A stretch of DNA of 64,000 nucleotides, taken from Alphaproteobacteria bacterium (GTDB lineage: Bacteria > Pseudomonadota > Alphaproteobacteria > UBA6615). Below the pieces are notes generated by a model. The model searched no databases and had not been told where the DNA came from. It saw only the letters and a list, made by a program, of their open reading frames with translations. The position numbers and the translations under genes are program-made. The stretch covers positions 1-64,000 of the forward strand of contig CBDHEC010000003.1 in the NCBI GenBank assembly GCA_965261975.1, written 5' to 3'. Numbering within the stretch: position 1 is the first letter of the stretch; every line of letters starts with the position of its first letter. Positions 1 through 11,371 of this stretch are shown in pieces.

Positions 1-1916
1 GCTGCTCGGCCAGTCCGGGCGGCTCGAGGACGCGCGAACCACCCTCGAGCACACGACCCGACTGCAACCCGACAACGCCGAGGCGCAATATAATCTGGCC
101 GAGTGCCTGTTCCGTCTTGAAGACATGACCTCTGCCGGTGCGGCCTATCGGGCTGCCATCGCCGCCCGCCCAGACCATGCAGAGGCCGCGATCGGGCTCT
201 CGGGTCTCCTGCTGGCCAACGGCGAGGCCGCGGACGCCGCTGACGTCATCCAAGCCGCACTGGTGCACACACCCAACCACCCATTGCTTCTCGCGCAGCT
301 TGGCGCGGCACTGCTCGATGCCGATGACCCGGCCGCCGCCCGTCCCCATCTCGAAACGGCGGTCCGGCAAATGCCCAAGCATGCGCTCGCGCAGCGCAAC
401 CTCGCAGCGGCCCTGATCAAGCTTGAGGAGTACGCACCCGCGCTTGAGCTGCTTCGCCCCCTCGTGAATGCCGAACCACGATCGGTCGAGCTGCTGTTGC
501 TCGCCGGCATCGCGCTGCACAAGAGCGGCCAACACGCGCGCGCGAAACCGGCCGCGACGCGGATTCTCGAGATCGATGCCGACAATGTTGCCGCGATCAA
601 CCTGCTCGGAGATATCGCCGTCAGCCTGGGCGACGGCGACGTCGCGCTCGACTGCGCGCGCCGTACGGCGGCGCTGGTGCCCGACGGTGCCGACGAGGCC
701 GCCGCACTTGCCGAGCGGCTGGAGCGGCTGTCCTTGTTGGATGAAGCCGACGAATGGGCGGCTCGTGCCCGCGCACTGGCACCCGAAAACACCCTCGCCC
801 GCATGATCGAAGCGCGCCTGCGCCGCAGATCCGGCGACGCAGCCGGGTCGCTGGCGCTGCTGGACCAGATCGACATGTCAGCCGAAGAAAACGCTCTCGC
901 GGCGAATATCCTGTTCGAACGCGGGCAGTTGCTGGAGACACTCGACCGGCATGACGAAGCCTTCGCGACGTTCGAGGACGCCCATGAAAAGCGTGCGATG
1001 ACCTGGCACGCCCGCGCGCGTGAGCCCGGGAAGCACGCCAACACCCAGGATGCGCTTCTGGCGCTGTTTGACGCAGACAAGGTGGCCGACCAGGTGGCCG
1101 CTTGGTCGAAAGACGTCATCGCGGACGGGCTGGCGACGCCAAGCTTTCTCGTCGGGTACCCCCGGTCGGGCACCACCCTGGTCGAGCGGCTGCTCGACGC
1201 CCATGACCGCGTCACGGCAACGCCCGAGCTCCCCATGGTCGACGCCATGCGCAATGCGCTCGACACCGCGAAGCCTGCCGGCTTCGGCTACCCGGACGCG
1301 TTGACGCATATCGGTACGGAGGATGTCGGGCGGCTGCGCGCCCTCTATTGGGAAATCCTGAGCGACAGCCATGCCGAGACCGTGGGCGAACGGCAGGTTG
1401 TCGATAAACACCCACTCAATCTCGACCATCTCGGGCTGATCGCCCGCACCTTCCCGAACGCCAAGGTCGTGGTCTCACTGCGCGACCCGCGCGACGTGTG
1501 CATCAGCTGCTTCACCACGGATTTCGCGCCCAATAACGTGACCCTGCGCTACGGAGACTTGCAGGAAACGGCGCGGGCATATGCGTCCACCATGCGACTA
1601 TGGCTTCGATATCGTGACGTTCTGCCACTGGAGACCTTCACTTATCGCTATGAAGACCTCGTGGAAGATCCCCGCGCGGTGCTTGAACAGGTCACCAACT
1701 TCCTCGGACTTGACTGGCGCGACGAACTGCTCGAATCCGCCGGCACCAATGTCGGGCGCTACATTTCAACGCCCAGCTATACAGGCGTGACGGAAGGCGT
1801 GAACGCGCGCGCGGTGGGTCGCTGGAAAGGCTATGCCAAAACAGCTGGAACCGGTCATGGCGCTGCTCCAGCCCTATATCGAGGCGTTCGGCTATGGCGA
1901 CCCGGATCAGGGGTGA
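1..1916 (+). CDS. TPR-repeat sulfotransferase family protein (5' end probably outside window; +1 frameshift at A-run 1838-1841 near C-terminus)
   Basis: TPR-like helical repeats, then PAPS-binding motif VGYPRSGTTL, DKHPLN, RDPRD and RYEDLV. Removing one A gives a typical end YAKQLEPVMALLQPYIEAFGY...* at 1916. Confidence 0.85.
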
Positions 1917-1996
1917 GCGAATGACCACACCGGTTTTCCCCCAGCCCCAATTGCGACTCGGCCTGCAATGGCTATAGCTGAACCCGGAGTTTACAC

Positions 1997-2690
1997 ATGT
2001 CAGCAGCCGTAATCGTATTCCCCGGATCGAACTGTGACCGCGACATCGCCGTCGCACTCGAGGCGACGCTGGGCCACGCCCCGGAAATGGTGTGGCACGG
2101 CGATAGCGAGTTGCCGAATGTCGACCTGATTGCCGTTCCGGGCGGCTTTTCATATTGGCGATTACCTGCGCTCGGGCGCGATGGCCGCCAACAGCCCGAT
2201 CATGCGCGAAGTCGTCGCCCAGGCAGCCCGCGGCGTGCCCGTCCTCGGCATCTGCAACGGCTTTCAGATACTGACCGAATGCGGCCTCTTGCCCGGCGTA
2301 CTGATGCGCAACGCCAGCCTTAAATTCATCTGCCGCGACGTCGATCTTCGCGTCGAACGGAGCGATACGATCTTCACCCGCGACTATGGTGCGGGTGACG
2401 TCATTCGGGTGCCGGTCGCACATCATGACGGCAACTACTTCGCCGACCCGGACACGCTCGAGACGCTCGAAGGCGATGGCCGGATCGCGTTTCGCTATTG
2501 CGCACCCGATGGCGCGATCACCGATGCTGCCAACCCCAACGGGTCAATCGCCAATATCGCGGGAATCCTGAACGAAGCCGGCAACGTGCTCGGCATGATG
2601 CCGCATCCCGAACGGCTGGCCGATCCGCTGCTCGGCGGCACCGACGGCGCGCCGATGTTCACCGCCCTGGCGGAGGCCATTGCAGCATGA
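1997..2690 (+). CDS. purQ: FGAM synthase glutaminase subunit PurQ (apparent +1 frameshift at ~2155)
   Basis: VFPGSNCD...PGGFSY in one frame and GDYLR...GICNGFQ...MMPHPER in the next; one extra T in TAT-T-GGC. Confidence 0.95.
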
Positions 2691-4879
2691 GTGATACAGC
2701 AGCCCGCCCCGAAGACCTGATGGGTCTGAGCGACGATGAGTACGACACGATCCTCGAAATACTCGGCCGCACGCCGAATTTCACCGAGCTCGGCATTTTC
2801 TCCGTGATGTGGTCGGAGCATTGCTCCTACAAATCCTCGAAATTCTGGCTCAAGACACTTCCGACCGAGGGCCCGCAGGTCATCCAGGGCCCCGGCGAGA
2901 ACGCGGGGGTCATCGATATCGGCGACGGTTTGGCGGCGATCTTCAAGATCGAGAGCCACAACCACCCGAGCTTCATCGAACCCTATCAGGGTGCCGCTAC
3001 CGGCGTGGGCGGCATCATGCGCGACGTATTCACCATGGGTGCGCGCCCCATCGCCAACATGAACGCGCTGCGCTTCGGTGCGCCCGATCATCCCAAGACC
3101 CGGCACCTGGTGGACGGCGTCATCGCGGGGATCGGCGGCTACGGCAATTGCATGGGCGTGCCCACGGTCGGCGGCGAGGTGAATTTCGATCCGGCCTATA
3201 ACGGCAACATCCTGGTCAACACCATGACGGTCGGGACCGCGAACACCGACAAGATTTTCTACTCCGCCGCGGCGGGCGTCGGCCTGCCGGTGGTCTATGT
3301 CGGCGCCAAGACCGGGCGCGACGGCATTCACGGCGCCACCATGGCGTCGGCCGAGTTCGATGACGATTCCGACGAGAAACGCCCCACGGTGCAAGTCGGC
3401 GATCCGTTTACCGAAAAACTGCTGCTCGAGGCCTGCCTGGAACTGATGGCGACCGACGCGATCATCGCGATACAGGATATGGGGGCCGCGGGCCTGACGT
3501 CCTCGTCGGTCGAGATGGCGAGCAAGGGCGAAGTTGGTATCACCCTGACCCTCGACGCAGTCCCCCAACGCGAAACCGAGATGACGCCCTATGAGATGAT
3601 GCTGTCGGAGAGCCAGGAGCGGATGCTCATGGTGCTGAAGCCCGGGCGCGAGGAGATGGCGCGGGCCATTTTCGACAAATGGGAACTCGACCTCGCGGTG
3701 ATCGGCGAGACGAACGACAGCCAGCGGCTCGTGCTGAACTGGCAAGGCGAAGTTGCCGCGGACATCCCGGTGCCGCCCTTGGTGGCCGCAGCGCCCGAGT
3801 ATGAGCGCCCGTGGACGGCGACCCCGCCCCGCGCGGTCCTCGACCCCGACGAGATCGCAGCCCCCGACGATCTCGCCGGCGCCTTGCTGCAACTGGTTGC
3901 AAGCCCCGATCTGTGTTCGCGGCGTTGGGTCTGGGAGCAATACGACCACATGGTCATGGGTGACACGGTCGGGCGGCCGGGCAGCGATGCCGCACTTGTG
4001 CGGGTGCACGGCACCAACAAGGCATTGGCGATCAGCACAGACTGCACCCCGCGCTATGTGGTCGCCAACCCGGTCGAGGGCGGCATGCAAGCCGTTGCAG
4101 AGTCCTGGCGCAATGTTACGGCCGTCGGCGCGACGCCGCTGGCCGTGACCAACAATCTGAACTTCGGCAACCCCGAACGCCCCGAGATCATGGGCCAGCT
4201 GGTCGGGGCCGTTCAGGGTATGGGGGCCGCGTGCGAGGCCCTCGATGCGCCGGTCGTCTCGGGCAATGTCTCGCTTTACAACGAGACGAATGGCGAGGCG
4301 ATCCTGCCGACCCCGGTGATCGGTTGCGTCGGGTTGATCGATGACCTCACGAAAGCGCCCGGCGCGGCCTTCGTGGACGACAAGGACGCCGTGTTCGTGG
4401 TCGGCGAGACATCGGGTTGGCTCGGTTGCTCGATTTATCAGCGCGATCTGGCCGGCGGCGCGGCCGGCGCGCCGCCGCCGGTCGACCTGGAGACGGAACG
4501 ACGCAACGGCGATTTCGTGCGCCAGTCGATCCAAGCCGGCCGGATCAACGCCTGTCATGACATCAGCGACGGCGGAATCGCGGTCGCCCTGGCGGAAATG
4601 GCCATCGCCGGCGAAATCGGTGCGGAAATTACCGCAACACCGGAGATTCCGGCCCACGCCTGGGCCTTCGGCGAAGACCAGGCGCGTTACGTCATCACCT
4701 GCGCCGACGCATCCGAGTTCGTCGCCGCCGCCGAGGATGCCGGTATCCCTGTAGAGCATATCGGTACTGTCGGCGGGGCTGCGTTGACACTCCCGGAGAC
4801 GAAGCCTATATCCGTCGCGGCGCTACGCGATGCACATTCGCGCTGGTTGCCGGCGTATATGGCATCGCGCGAGAACTGA
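2687..4879 (+). CDS. purL: FGAM synthase subunit PurL
   Basis: [23 protein letters not shown] and SESQERM motifs; ATGA overlap with purQ stop. Confidence 0.97.
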   Translation: MSDTAARPEDLMGLSDDEYDTILEILGRTPNFTELGIFSVMWSEHCSYKSSKFWLKTLPTEGPQVIQGPGENAGVIDIGDGLAAIFKIESHNHPSFIEPYQGAATGVGGIMRDVFTMGARPIANMNALRFGAPDHPKTRHLVDGVIAGIGGYGNCMGVPTVGGEVNFDPAYNGNILVNTMTVGTANTDKIFYSAAAGVGLPVVYVGAKTGRDGIHGATMASAEFDDDSDEKRPTVQVGDPFTEKLLLEACLELMATDAIIAIQDMGAAGLTSSSVEMASKGEVGITLTLDAVPQRETEMTPYEMMLSESQERMLMVLKPGREEMARAIFDKWELDLAVIGETNDSQRLVLNWQGEVAADIPVPPLVAAAPEYERPWTATPPRAVLDPDEIAAPDDLAGALLQLVASPDLCSRRWVWEQYDHMVMGDTVGRPGSDAALVRVHGTNKALAISTDCTPRYVVANPVEGGMQAVAESWRNVTAVGATPLAVTNNLNFGNPERPEIMGQLVGAVQGMGAACEALDAPVVSGNVSLYNETNGEAILPTPVIGCVGLIDDLTKAPGAAFVDDKDAVFVVGETSGWLGCSIYQRDLAGGAAGAPPPVDLETERRNGDFVRQSIQAGRINACHDISDGGIAVALAEMAIAGEIGAEITATPEIPAHAWAFGEDQARYVITCADASEFVAAAEDAGIPVEHIGTVGGAALTLPETKPISVAALRDAHSRWLPAYMASREN

Positions 4880-4918
4880 TCTGGCGAGATACCGCATTCA
4901 CCCCGGGGAGTTGCCCAA

Positions 4919-5158
4919 ATGCCGATGGCGGCCAGCGAGATCGAGAGCTTGATCAAGGAAGCGTTGCCGGATGCCGAAATCCGGATCGATGATCTGCGCG
5001 GCGACGGCGACCATTATCTGGCCAATGTCGTTTCATCGGCGTTCGCAGGAAAATCCCGGGTCCAGCAACATCAGATGGTTTACGAGGCTCTCCAGGGCCG
5101 CATGGGTGGCGAGCTACATGCGCTCGCGCTTCAAACGTCTGCCCCCGAGAACAGCTAA
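4919..5158 (+). CDS. bolA: BolA family protein
   Basis: GDGDH...F.GKSRVQQHQMVY...LHAL motif, next to grxD. Confidence 0.92.
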   Translation: MPMAASEIESLIKEALPDAEIRIDDLRGDGDHYLANVVSSAFAGKSRVQQHQMVYEALQGRMGGELHALALQTSAPENS

Positions 5159-5179
5159 CCAAATTATTCGGAGTCCGAT

Positions 5180-5518
5180 ATGACCGATAGCCCTGTGCAA
5201 GAACGCATCAAGACCGACATCGACCAGAATGAAGTGATGCTCTTCATGAAAGGTACGCCGGTGTTCCCGCAATGCGGTTTCTCGGCCGCCGTGGTCCAGA
5301 TTCTGAACCATATGGGTGTCAAATTCGGCAGCGCAGACGTGCTCGTCGATCCGGCCATCCGGGACGGCATCAAGGAATTCACCAACTGGCCGACCGTCCC
5401 GCAGCTTTATGTAAAGGGAGAGTTTGTCGGCGGTTGCGACATCATCCGCGAGATGTTCGAAACCGGCGAGCTTGAGCAGATGTTCCAGGAAAAGGGTGTC
5501 GCGCTCGAAGCTGCCTGA
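5180..5518 (+). CDS. grxD: Monothiol glutaredoxin Grx4
   Basis: CGFS active site; WPTVPQLYVKGEFVGGCD. Confidence 0.96.
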   Translation: MTDSPVQERIKTDIDQNEVMLFMKGTPVFPQCGFSAAVVQILNHMGVKFGSADVLVDPAIRDGIKEFTNWPTVPQLYVKGEFVGGCDIIREMFETGELEQMFQEKGVALEAA

Positions 5519-5539
5519 TCCACGACCTTCAGCTAATGT

Positions 5540-5569
5540 AAACGGGCCGCGAATTTCGCGGCCCGTTTT
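5540..5569 (+). terminator. Rho-independent terminator after grxD
   Basis: AAACGGGCCGCGA/TCGCGGCCCGTTT stem followed by T-run. Confidence 0.75.
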
Positions 5570-5571
5570 GT

Positions 5572-6516
5572 TTGCACCCTCCCAACGGAGCGCCTCCCCT
5601 GCCGCAGCTTCCCACATTCCAGAATGACCGCCGCCAGTTCTCTGGCGCGGAATCCGCCGGGTTGGCTATGGGCGTCGGCGCATTTCTGGTCTGGAGCTTC
5701 ACCCCCTTCTACTTCGAGGCGGTCCAGTCGCTCGGCGTGATCGAGATCGTCGCCCATCGGTTCCTCTGGTGCATTCCGTTCATGGCCCTGGTCCTCACGG
5801 TCGCACGCCAGTGGCCCGACCTGTTCGCCGCGTTGCGCAACCGGCGGGTCCTGGCCACCCTGTTCCTGACCGCCGCGCTGATCAGCGTGAACTGGAGCAT
5901 GTTTATCTTCACCGTTGTCACCGATCAGCTCCTCGCTTCAAGCCTCGGTTACTTCCTGAGCCCGTTGGTCAACGTGCTGCTGGGCTTCGTCGTCCTGCGT
6001 GAACGCCTGTCGAGCGGCCAGCGCATCGCCGTGGCACTGGCGGCCATCGGCGTCGGCATCCAGATCGTGGCGTTCGGCCAGGTACCGTGGATTGCCCTTG
6101 TCATCGCCTTCTCGTTCGGCAGTTACGGCCTGTTGCGCAAGACCGTCGCGGCCGGCCCCGCGGTGGGCCTGTTCGTCGAATGCACGGTCATCGCACCCAT
6201 CGCCGCGGCCTACCTCATCTGGTTCGCGGCCCAGGGCACCGGCGCGTTCGGACAGTCCGGGCTCGGGTTTGACGCGTTGATTGCGTTCTCCGGTGTCGTT
6301 ACCGGGCTGCCACTGCTCATGTTCGCCGCCGCGGCGCGCCGGGTCCAGCTGGCGACGATCGGGCTGATGCAATACATCGCGCCGTCCTTCTACCTTGTCT
6401 TCGCGCTGACCTTCTTTCCCCAGCCCTTCGGCACCGCCGAGATCGTCACCTTTGCCTTCATCTGGCTGGCACTGATCATCTACACCGTCGAGATTTTTCG
6501 AACGCGCATCGTCTGA
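5572..6516 (+). CDS. rarD: EamA/RarD family transporter (start uncertain)
   Basis: About 10 TM segments; EIVAHR, SLGYFLSPL, YGLLRK and GLMQYIAP motifs. Confidence 0.88.
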   Translation: MHPPNGAPPLPQLPTFQNDRRQFSGAESAGLAMGVGAFLVWSFTPFYFEAVQSLGVIEIVAHRFLWCIPFMALVLTVARQWPDLFAALRNRRVLATLFLTAALISVNWSMFIFTVVTDQLLASSLGYFLSPLVNVLLGFVVLRERLSSGQRIAVALAAIGVGIQIVAFGQVPWIALVIAFSFGSYGLLRKTVAAGPAVGLFVECTVIAPIAAAYLIWFAAQGTGAFGQSGLGFDALIAFSGVVTGLPLLMFAAAARRVQLATIGLMQYIAPSFYLVFALTFFPQPFGTAEIVTFAFIWLALIIYTVEIFRTRIV

Positions 6517-6604
6517 ATGCCGATGTGACCGCCTGACGCGTTGAATCCCCCGGTCACAGGTCGCAAGATGGGGCAAGGATGACAAAATAACCGGAGACGA
6601 CACG

Positions 6605-7168
6605 ATGGCTATGTACTGGCTCGACCATGTGAATATTCGCACCGCCAAGCTCGACGAGATGTCCGCCTTCTACGAGAATGTCCTCGGGCTCAAGCGTGGC
6701 AAACGGCCGCTTAGTTTCGATTTCGGCGGCGCCTGGCACTATTGCGGCAGCAACGCGATCGTTCACCTCGTGGAGACGTCCAAGAAGATCAAGTCCGGCG
6801 AGGCCCAGGTCGAGCATTTCGCCCTGCGCGCCGGCGGCAGCATGAAGACGTTTCAGCGCAAAATGCGCGACCATGACGCGCCCTACAATGTGGTGCCGTT
6901 GCTCGAGATAAACATGGTTCAGGTCAACGTGTTCGACCCGGACGGCAACAAGGTCGAGGTCCAGTTCGCCGCCACCGGGGACGATGACATGGAGCCCTTC
7001 CCGGGCAAGAGCGCAGCATCGAAGCGCCGCTTCAAGAAGGGTGCGGAACTCAACAAAACCGGCATCATGGCGCTCAAGAAGTCCAAGGCGAAGACATCCA
7101 AGACCAACAAGAAACTGGGCGGGCCGAAACCAATCCGCGCCCCGAGAAAGCGCCCGCGCAATGCCTAA
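6605..7168 (+). CDS. VOC/glyoxalase family protein with Lys-rich C-terminal tail
   Basis: LDHVNIR...FYENVLGL...EHFA...DPDGNKVE; GGAG RBS. Confidence 0.85.
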   Translation: MAMYWLDHVNIRTAKLDEMSAFYENVLGLKRGKRPLSFDFGGAWHYCGSNAIVHLVETSKKIKSGEAQVEHFALRAGGSMKTFQRKMRDHDAPYNVVPLLEINMVQVNVFDPDGNKVEVQFAATGDDDMEPFPGKSAASKRRFKKGAELNKTGIMALKKSKAKTSKTNKKLGGPKPIRAPRKRPRNA

Positions 7169-7272
7169 AAGCGCGCCAACGAAGACGTGAATATGAGAAT
7201 ATTGAAATGTAACGGAATAATACGCTATCCAAGGTGTTAAACAGGTAGTGATTCACGTCGGAGTGCCGAATT

Positions 7273-7485
7273 ATGTTTCGTACAAAGCTTCTCTCCTCGC
7301 GGCTCGGTCGCGTGCTGGCGGTCACGGCGCTGCTTGCTGCCGCAAGCCTGCATCACCCTGGCGACGCGGCCGCCGAGACAATTGCCGCCGGCAAGGTCAG
7401 CCATCGCTTCTCTGAGAGCCATTACTCGACCCGCCCGGAGATCGATGATGTCCTGACCGTCCTGCGCAAGGATGCAACCAGTTAA
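7273..7485 (+). CDS. Small hypothetical exported protein
   Basis: GGAG RBS, signal-peptide-like N-terminus, AT-rich upstream region, terminator downstream. Confidence 0.5.
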   Translation: MFRTKLLSSRLGRVLAVTALLAAASLHHPGDAAAETIAAGKVSHRFSESHYSTRPEIDDVLTVLRKDATS

Positions 7486-7504
7486 CAACCGCACCACGCC
7501 CACG

Positions 7505-7532
7505 AAAAAGGCCGCCCCGAGGGCGGCCTTTT
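7505..7532. terminator. Bidirectional rho-independent terminator
   Basis: AAAAAGGCCGCCC-CGA-GGGCGGCCTTTT between convergent genes. Confidence 0.85.
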
Positions 7533-7557
7533 GTATGAGTTCGGCTGGAACGACCGA

Positions 7558-8172
7558 TCAGAGCGAGTAATACTCGACGACCAGGTTCGGCTCCATCTTC
7601 ACCGGATAAGGCACATCGGCCAGCTTCGGGCCACGCAGATAAGTGCCCTTCAGTGCATTCAGGTCGACATCCATATAGTCGGCCAGGTCGCGCTCGGTGG
7701 AAGCAATCGCCTCGAGCACCAGCGGCAGCTCGCGGGACTTCTCCTTGACTTCAATCACGTCGCCATCCTGGACGGCGTAGGAGGGAATGTTCACCTTCTT
7801 GCCATTCACCCGGATGTGGCCGTGGTTGACGAACTGGCGGGCGGCGAAAATCGTCGGCACGAACTTCATCCGGTACACGACCGCGTCGAGGCGGCGCTCC
7901 AGGAGCTCGATCAGATTCTCACCGGTGTCGCCGCGACGGCGCACCGCTTCATCGTAATACCGGCGGAACTGGCGTTCGCCGACATCACCGTAATATTTGC
8001 GGAGCTTCTGCTTGGCCATCAGGTGGAGGCCGTAATCTGACGGCTTCTTGCGGCGGCGACCATGCTCGCCCGGGCCGTGCTCACGTCGGTTGACCGGGCT
8101 CTTGGGCCGACCCCAGAGGTTCTCGCCGAGACGGCGATCAATCTTGTACTTCGCGGAATGCCGCTTAGACAT
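7558..8172 (-). CDS. rpsD: 30S ribosomal protein S4
   Basis: [34 protein letters not shown]. Confidence 0.98.
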   Translation of the reverse strand: MSKRHSAKYKIDRRLGENLWGRPKSPVNRREHGPGEHGRRRKKPSDYGLHLMAKQKLRKYYGDVGERQFRRYYDEAVRRRGDTGENLIELLERRLDAVVYRMKFVPTIFAARQFVNHGHIRVNGKKVNIPSYAVQDGDVIEVKEKSRELPLVLEAIASTERDLADYMDVDLNALKGTYLRGPKLADVPYPVKMEPNLVVEYYSL

Positions 8173-8362
8173 ATTTAAGTTCCATTCTTATCTTTGTTGT
8201 CCCGATCAGCACCGCGCTATAAGTCACGCCGTACGGGGATCCGGTCGTTGCCGGTCCACATACACGGGAATGGCGCGCACTATAGGGATCGGCGGCGCTA
8301 TGTCAAACGCGTTTGACGCGTTGGAACGCCCGCATTTTTTCGCTTCCCAGGTGTATCGACAT

Positions 8363-9247
8363 ATGGCGTCCAGTTCCCGATCCGGCAATCATCTCAAGGG
8401 CATAGCGATCACGGCCGCGGGCGTTGTGATCCTGTCGCCCGACGGCCTGATCACCTCGCTCATCGCCGCCGACATCCGCACCTCGCTGTTCTGGCGCGGC
8501 CTCCTGCTGGGCATCGCCATGACCCTGTTCCTGCTGGTCCGCTACCGGGGCGATCTCGGACGGATTCTCGGACCTTTGCGCCGGCGTAGCGACCTGGCCG
8601 TCGCGGCGCTGTTCGCCGCGTCTTCGATCGGCTGGGTCACCGCCATTACCCTGACCAGCGTGGCGAACACGCTGTTTATCGTCGCCTGCGCACCGCTTTT
8701 CGCCGCCATTTTCGCGCGAATCTTTCTCGGCGAACGCGTGCCCCGACGCACGATCGTGACCATCATGATCGCGATCGGCGCCATGGGTGTCATCTTCGCC
8801 GAGGGGCTGGGCCGGGGTGACCTCTGGGGCAATCTCGCGGCGGTCGCGACGGCGCTGGTCTGGGCCGGCATGATGGTGGTCCTCAGCCACGCCCAGACCG
8901 AGGACCCTGGCCCCGCCATGGCGCTCAGCGGCTACATCGTCGCGGCCCTGGCGCTGATCGTTGCCCCCACGGTCACCATCGTCGCCCTCGACGCGCTCTG
9001 GCTCGGCCTGCTCGGCTTCGTGGTGCTGCCGATCTCGTTCTTCATGATCATGCTCGGGCCGCGCCATCTGCCGGCGCCAGAAGTCAGCCTGATCATGCTG
9101 CTGGAGGCCGTGCTGGGACCGATATGGGCCTGGTGGTTCATCTCCCAGACGCCGTCCGCCCTATCGCTGATCGGCGGCGCGGTGATCGTGGGCACACTGG
9201 CCGTCCATTTCGCGATCGGCCTGCGCCAGGAACACCAGAAAAACTAG
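8363..9247 (+). CDS. DMT/EamA family transporter
   Basis: About 10 TM helices, FLGER and LLEAVLGPIW motifs; start moved to ATG 8363. Confidence 0.85.
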   Translation: MASSSRSGNHLKGIAITAAGVVILSPDGLITSLIAADIRTSLFWRGLLLGIAMTLFLLVRYRGDLGRILGPLRRRSDLAVAALFAASSIGWVTAITLTSVANTLFIVACAPLFAAIFARIFLGERVPRRTIVTIMIAIGAMGVIFAEGLGRGDLWGNLAAVATALVWAGMMVVLSHAQTEDPGPAMALSGYIVAALALIVAPTVTIVALDALWLGLLGFVVLPISFFMIMLGPRHLPAPEVSLIMLLEAVLGPIWAWWFISQTPSALSLIGGAVIVGTLAVHFAIGLRQEHQKN

Positions 9248-9344
9248 CTCTCGGCGAGCTCCGGCGCGATTGTATCGTCCATGCCGATGTCCCCCCGCAT
9301 CAGTGGGGCACGATATCAGCCCTTTTGTCCGGCCCCTACCTCGC

Positions 9345-10151
9345 CTAGTCGTCGAGTTCGCCCCGGCGCCGTTTCGCGTTCTGGGTATGCTGCCAGCTGC
9401 GGGTCAGCGCACTGATCATGCCGTGGAAGGTGCGCACCTCCTGGTCCGTCAGACGTGCGCGCTGCAGCATCGACATCAGGTTTCGCATGACCGTCGGCCG
9501 CAGATCGGGGGCCCGGAAGAACCCGCCGCTATCCAGCTCGGTCTCGAGCCGGTCGAACAGACCCATCAACTCCTGCTTCTCGGCGAGCCGGGTGCCCGAC
9601 ATCGAAAGTGCGTCCGCCGGGGTCTCGTCACCCGCGGTGAACCACTCATAGGCGACCAGCAGCACCGCCTGCGCGAGGTTCAGCGACGTGTAGGCCGGGT
9701 TCAGGGGTACCGAGATGACCGTGTCGGCCAGCGCGATGTGGTCGTTGGTCATGCCCGAGCGCTCGGGCCCGAATAACACGCCGATCTCCTCGCCGCGTGC
9801 GTGCGCCGCGCGCATATCCGCCGCGGCTTCGCGCGGGGTCATGACACGAACGGTCAACTCCCGCGGCCGCGCGGTGGTCGCGTACAGATTGGTGATGTCG
9901 GCGACCGCTTCTTCCGGCGTCGCGAAAACCTGCGCGCCCTCAAGGACCTCGGTCGCACCCGACGCCATCGCGTTCGCCTTGGAATTCGGCCATCCCTCGC
10001 GTGGATTGACCAGCGACATCCGATCGAGGCCGCAGTTCAGCATTGCACGCGCCACGGCACCCACATTCTCGCTGAGCTGGGGTTCGATCAGAATAACGCG
10101 CGGCCCCCCCAGAATGGGCGCCTGGGTTCGGTCAGTTCCCGCCATGGGCAT
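9345..10151 (-). CDS. trmJ: SPOUT RNA methyltransferase, TrmJ/LasT family
   Basis: ENVGAVARAM, FGPERSG, SLNLAQAV. Confidence 0.88.
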   Translation of the reverse strand: MPMAGTDRTQAPILGGPRVILIEPQLSENVGAVARAMLNCGLDRMSLVNPREGWPNSKANAMASGATEVLEGAQVFATPEEAVADITNLYATTARPRELTVRVMTPREAAADMRAAHARGEEIGVLFGPERSGMTNDHIALADTVISVPLNPAYTSLNLAQAVLLVAYEWFTAGDETPADALSMSGTRLAEKQELMGLFDRLETELDSGGFFRAPDLRPTVMRNLMSMLQRARLTDQEVRTFHGMISALTRSWQHTQNAKRRRGELDD

Positions 10152-10264
10152 CCCCAACAACGCTGTTGGCCGGGGCCGAATTCCGACACCGCTTTATCTC
10201 AAGTTTCGAGTTCATAGCCGACGCAACCTACGCGAGGTGTCCGCGCGCGTCATCCGGCGAGGAG

Positions 10265-11275
10265 CTATTTGTGCAGCGTGCCGTCGGGGTTAAACGCATT
10301 GAAGGCGAAGGCAAACGTCATGTCGTGGATGGCATCCTGCAATCCTGCGGGTGTCTTGCGCTGGACCGTGACATAGCCGATGTCGCGCGCCTCCTTGATG
10401 TAGGCGATATCGAGCACCGAGAGCTGCCCCGGTTCCCAGGTCAGGACCAAATCACCGGCTTCAATGCGTTTCTCGGTTTTCAGTCGGTCAAGGGTCCAGG
10501 CCTGGTCGTCGACCGCGACCACGTAGGCCATGGGTGCGACCCCTTCCGGCAGCGGAATTCCGGGAAACAGCGGCGTTGGCGACGTGTCATAGCTGTCATA
10601 GGGATTAACACCATAATTGCGCGGGAACCCTGGCGGGCGCCGCAGGATATCGCCGCCGGGAAACGCCGCGGCGAAGACCCCGAGCGGCTCGACCCGGCTG
10701 GGAATGATCGTCAGCTGGGTTCCGGTGAACTTGCCCACGATGCCTTCGCCCGTGAACTGCTGCCACCAGCTCTCCGTCTGGCGGTCATACATGACGAGAT
10801 CCGAGAAACGCAGATTGCCGGTTGTGCCGAAGTCGAGCACCTGCTCATCGATCCGGCGATCAAACACGATTGCCGTATTGCAAAGCGGGCAATAGGTCAC
10901 CGCGATCGGTACGCCGCCGAGTTCGTCGTTGACGATCTCATGCCAGATCAGGACCGACAACGGATAAGCCCGGCTCCGGTCGTTGACCGTGACCCGGATG
11001 ACCGGCTCGCGTGGTTCATGGGTGTCCCCGACATAGGCCAGCGCCCCGATGGTGGGCGTATCGATAGCCGGGATAACATCGCGGCCGATGCCGCCGGAGA
11101 AGATCTCACCCAGGTCGACGCCCGTCTTCGTAAAATCCGTGCGCGGCCAATCTTTCTCCCATTGGTCGACATCGGCGAATGCCACCGGGACAGCAAACAC
11201 CATCGCGGCGATACCGAACAGGCAAGCAAACAAGTCCAAACGCAATAACGCGGGCAGTCGGGCGATCATCATCAT
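10265..11275 (-). CDS. DUF3179 family exported protein
   Basis: Signal peptide; IPAID, RAYPL, WHEIVND, TYCPLC, MYDRQTESWWQQ. Confidence 0.85.
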   Translation of the reverse strand: MMMIARLPALLRLDLFACLFGIAAMVFAVPVAFADVDQWEKDWPRTDFTKTGVDLGEIFSGGIGRDVIPAIDTPTIGALAYVGDTHEPREPVIRVTVNDRSRAYPLSVLIWHEIVNDELGGVPIAVTYCPLCNTAIVFDRRIDEQVLDFGTTGNLRFSDLVMYDRQTESWWQQFTGEGIVGKFTGTQLTIIPSRVEPLGVFAAAFPGGDILRRPPGFPRNYGVNPYDSYDTSPTPLFPGIPLPEGVAPMAYVVAVDDQAWTLDRLKTEKRIEAGDLVLTWEPGQLSVLDIAYIKEARDIGYVTVQRKTPAGLQDAIHDMTFAFAFNAFNPDGTLHK

Positions 11276-11371
11276 GTCTCCTCAGCCAGTCATTCCAGCC
11301 AAGGCTGAACCTAGCGCGCCGGCCGGCGGCGCGCGCATGACAAGGCCTTCAATTCGATGTGATCGGAAGGG

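Noticed and set aside
1-1916. TPR-sulfotransferase as the maturase of the LSDEALDRP peptides
   Set aside because: It lies 36 kb away with no linking evidence in this window; testable only by co-occurrence.
1997-2690. purQ as a pseudogene or programmed frameshift
   Set aside because: Both halves are intact and the indel has the same +1 pattern seen in three unrelated genes.
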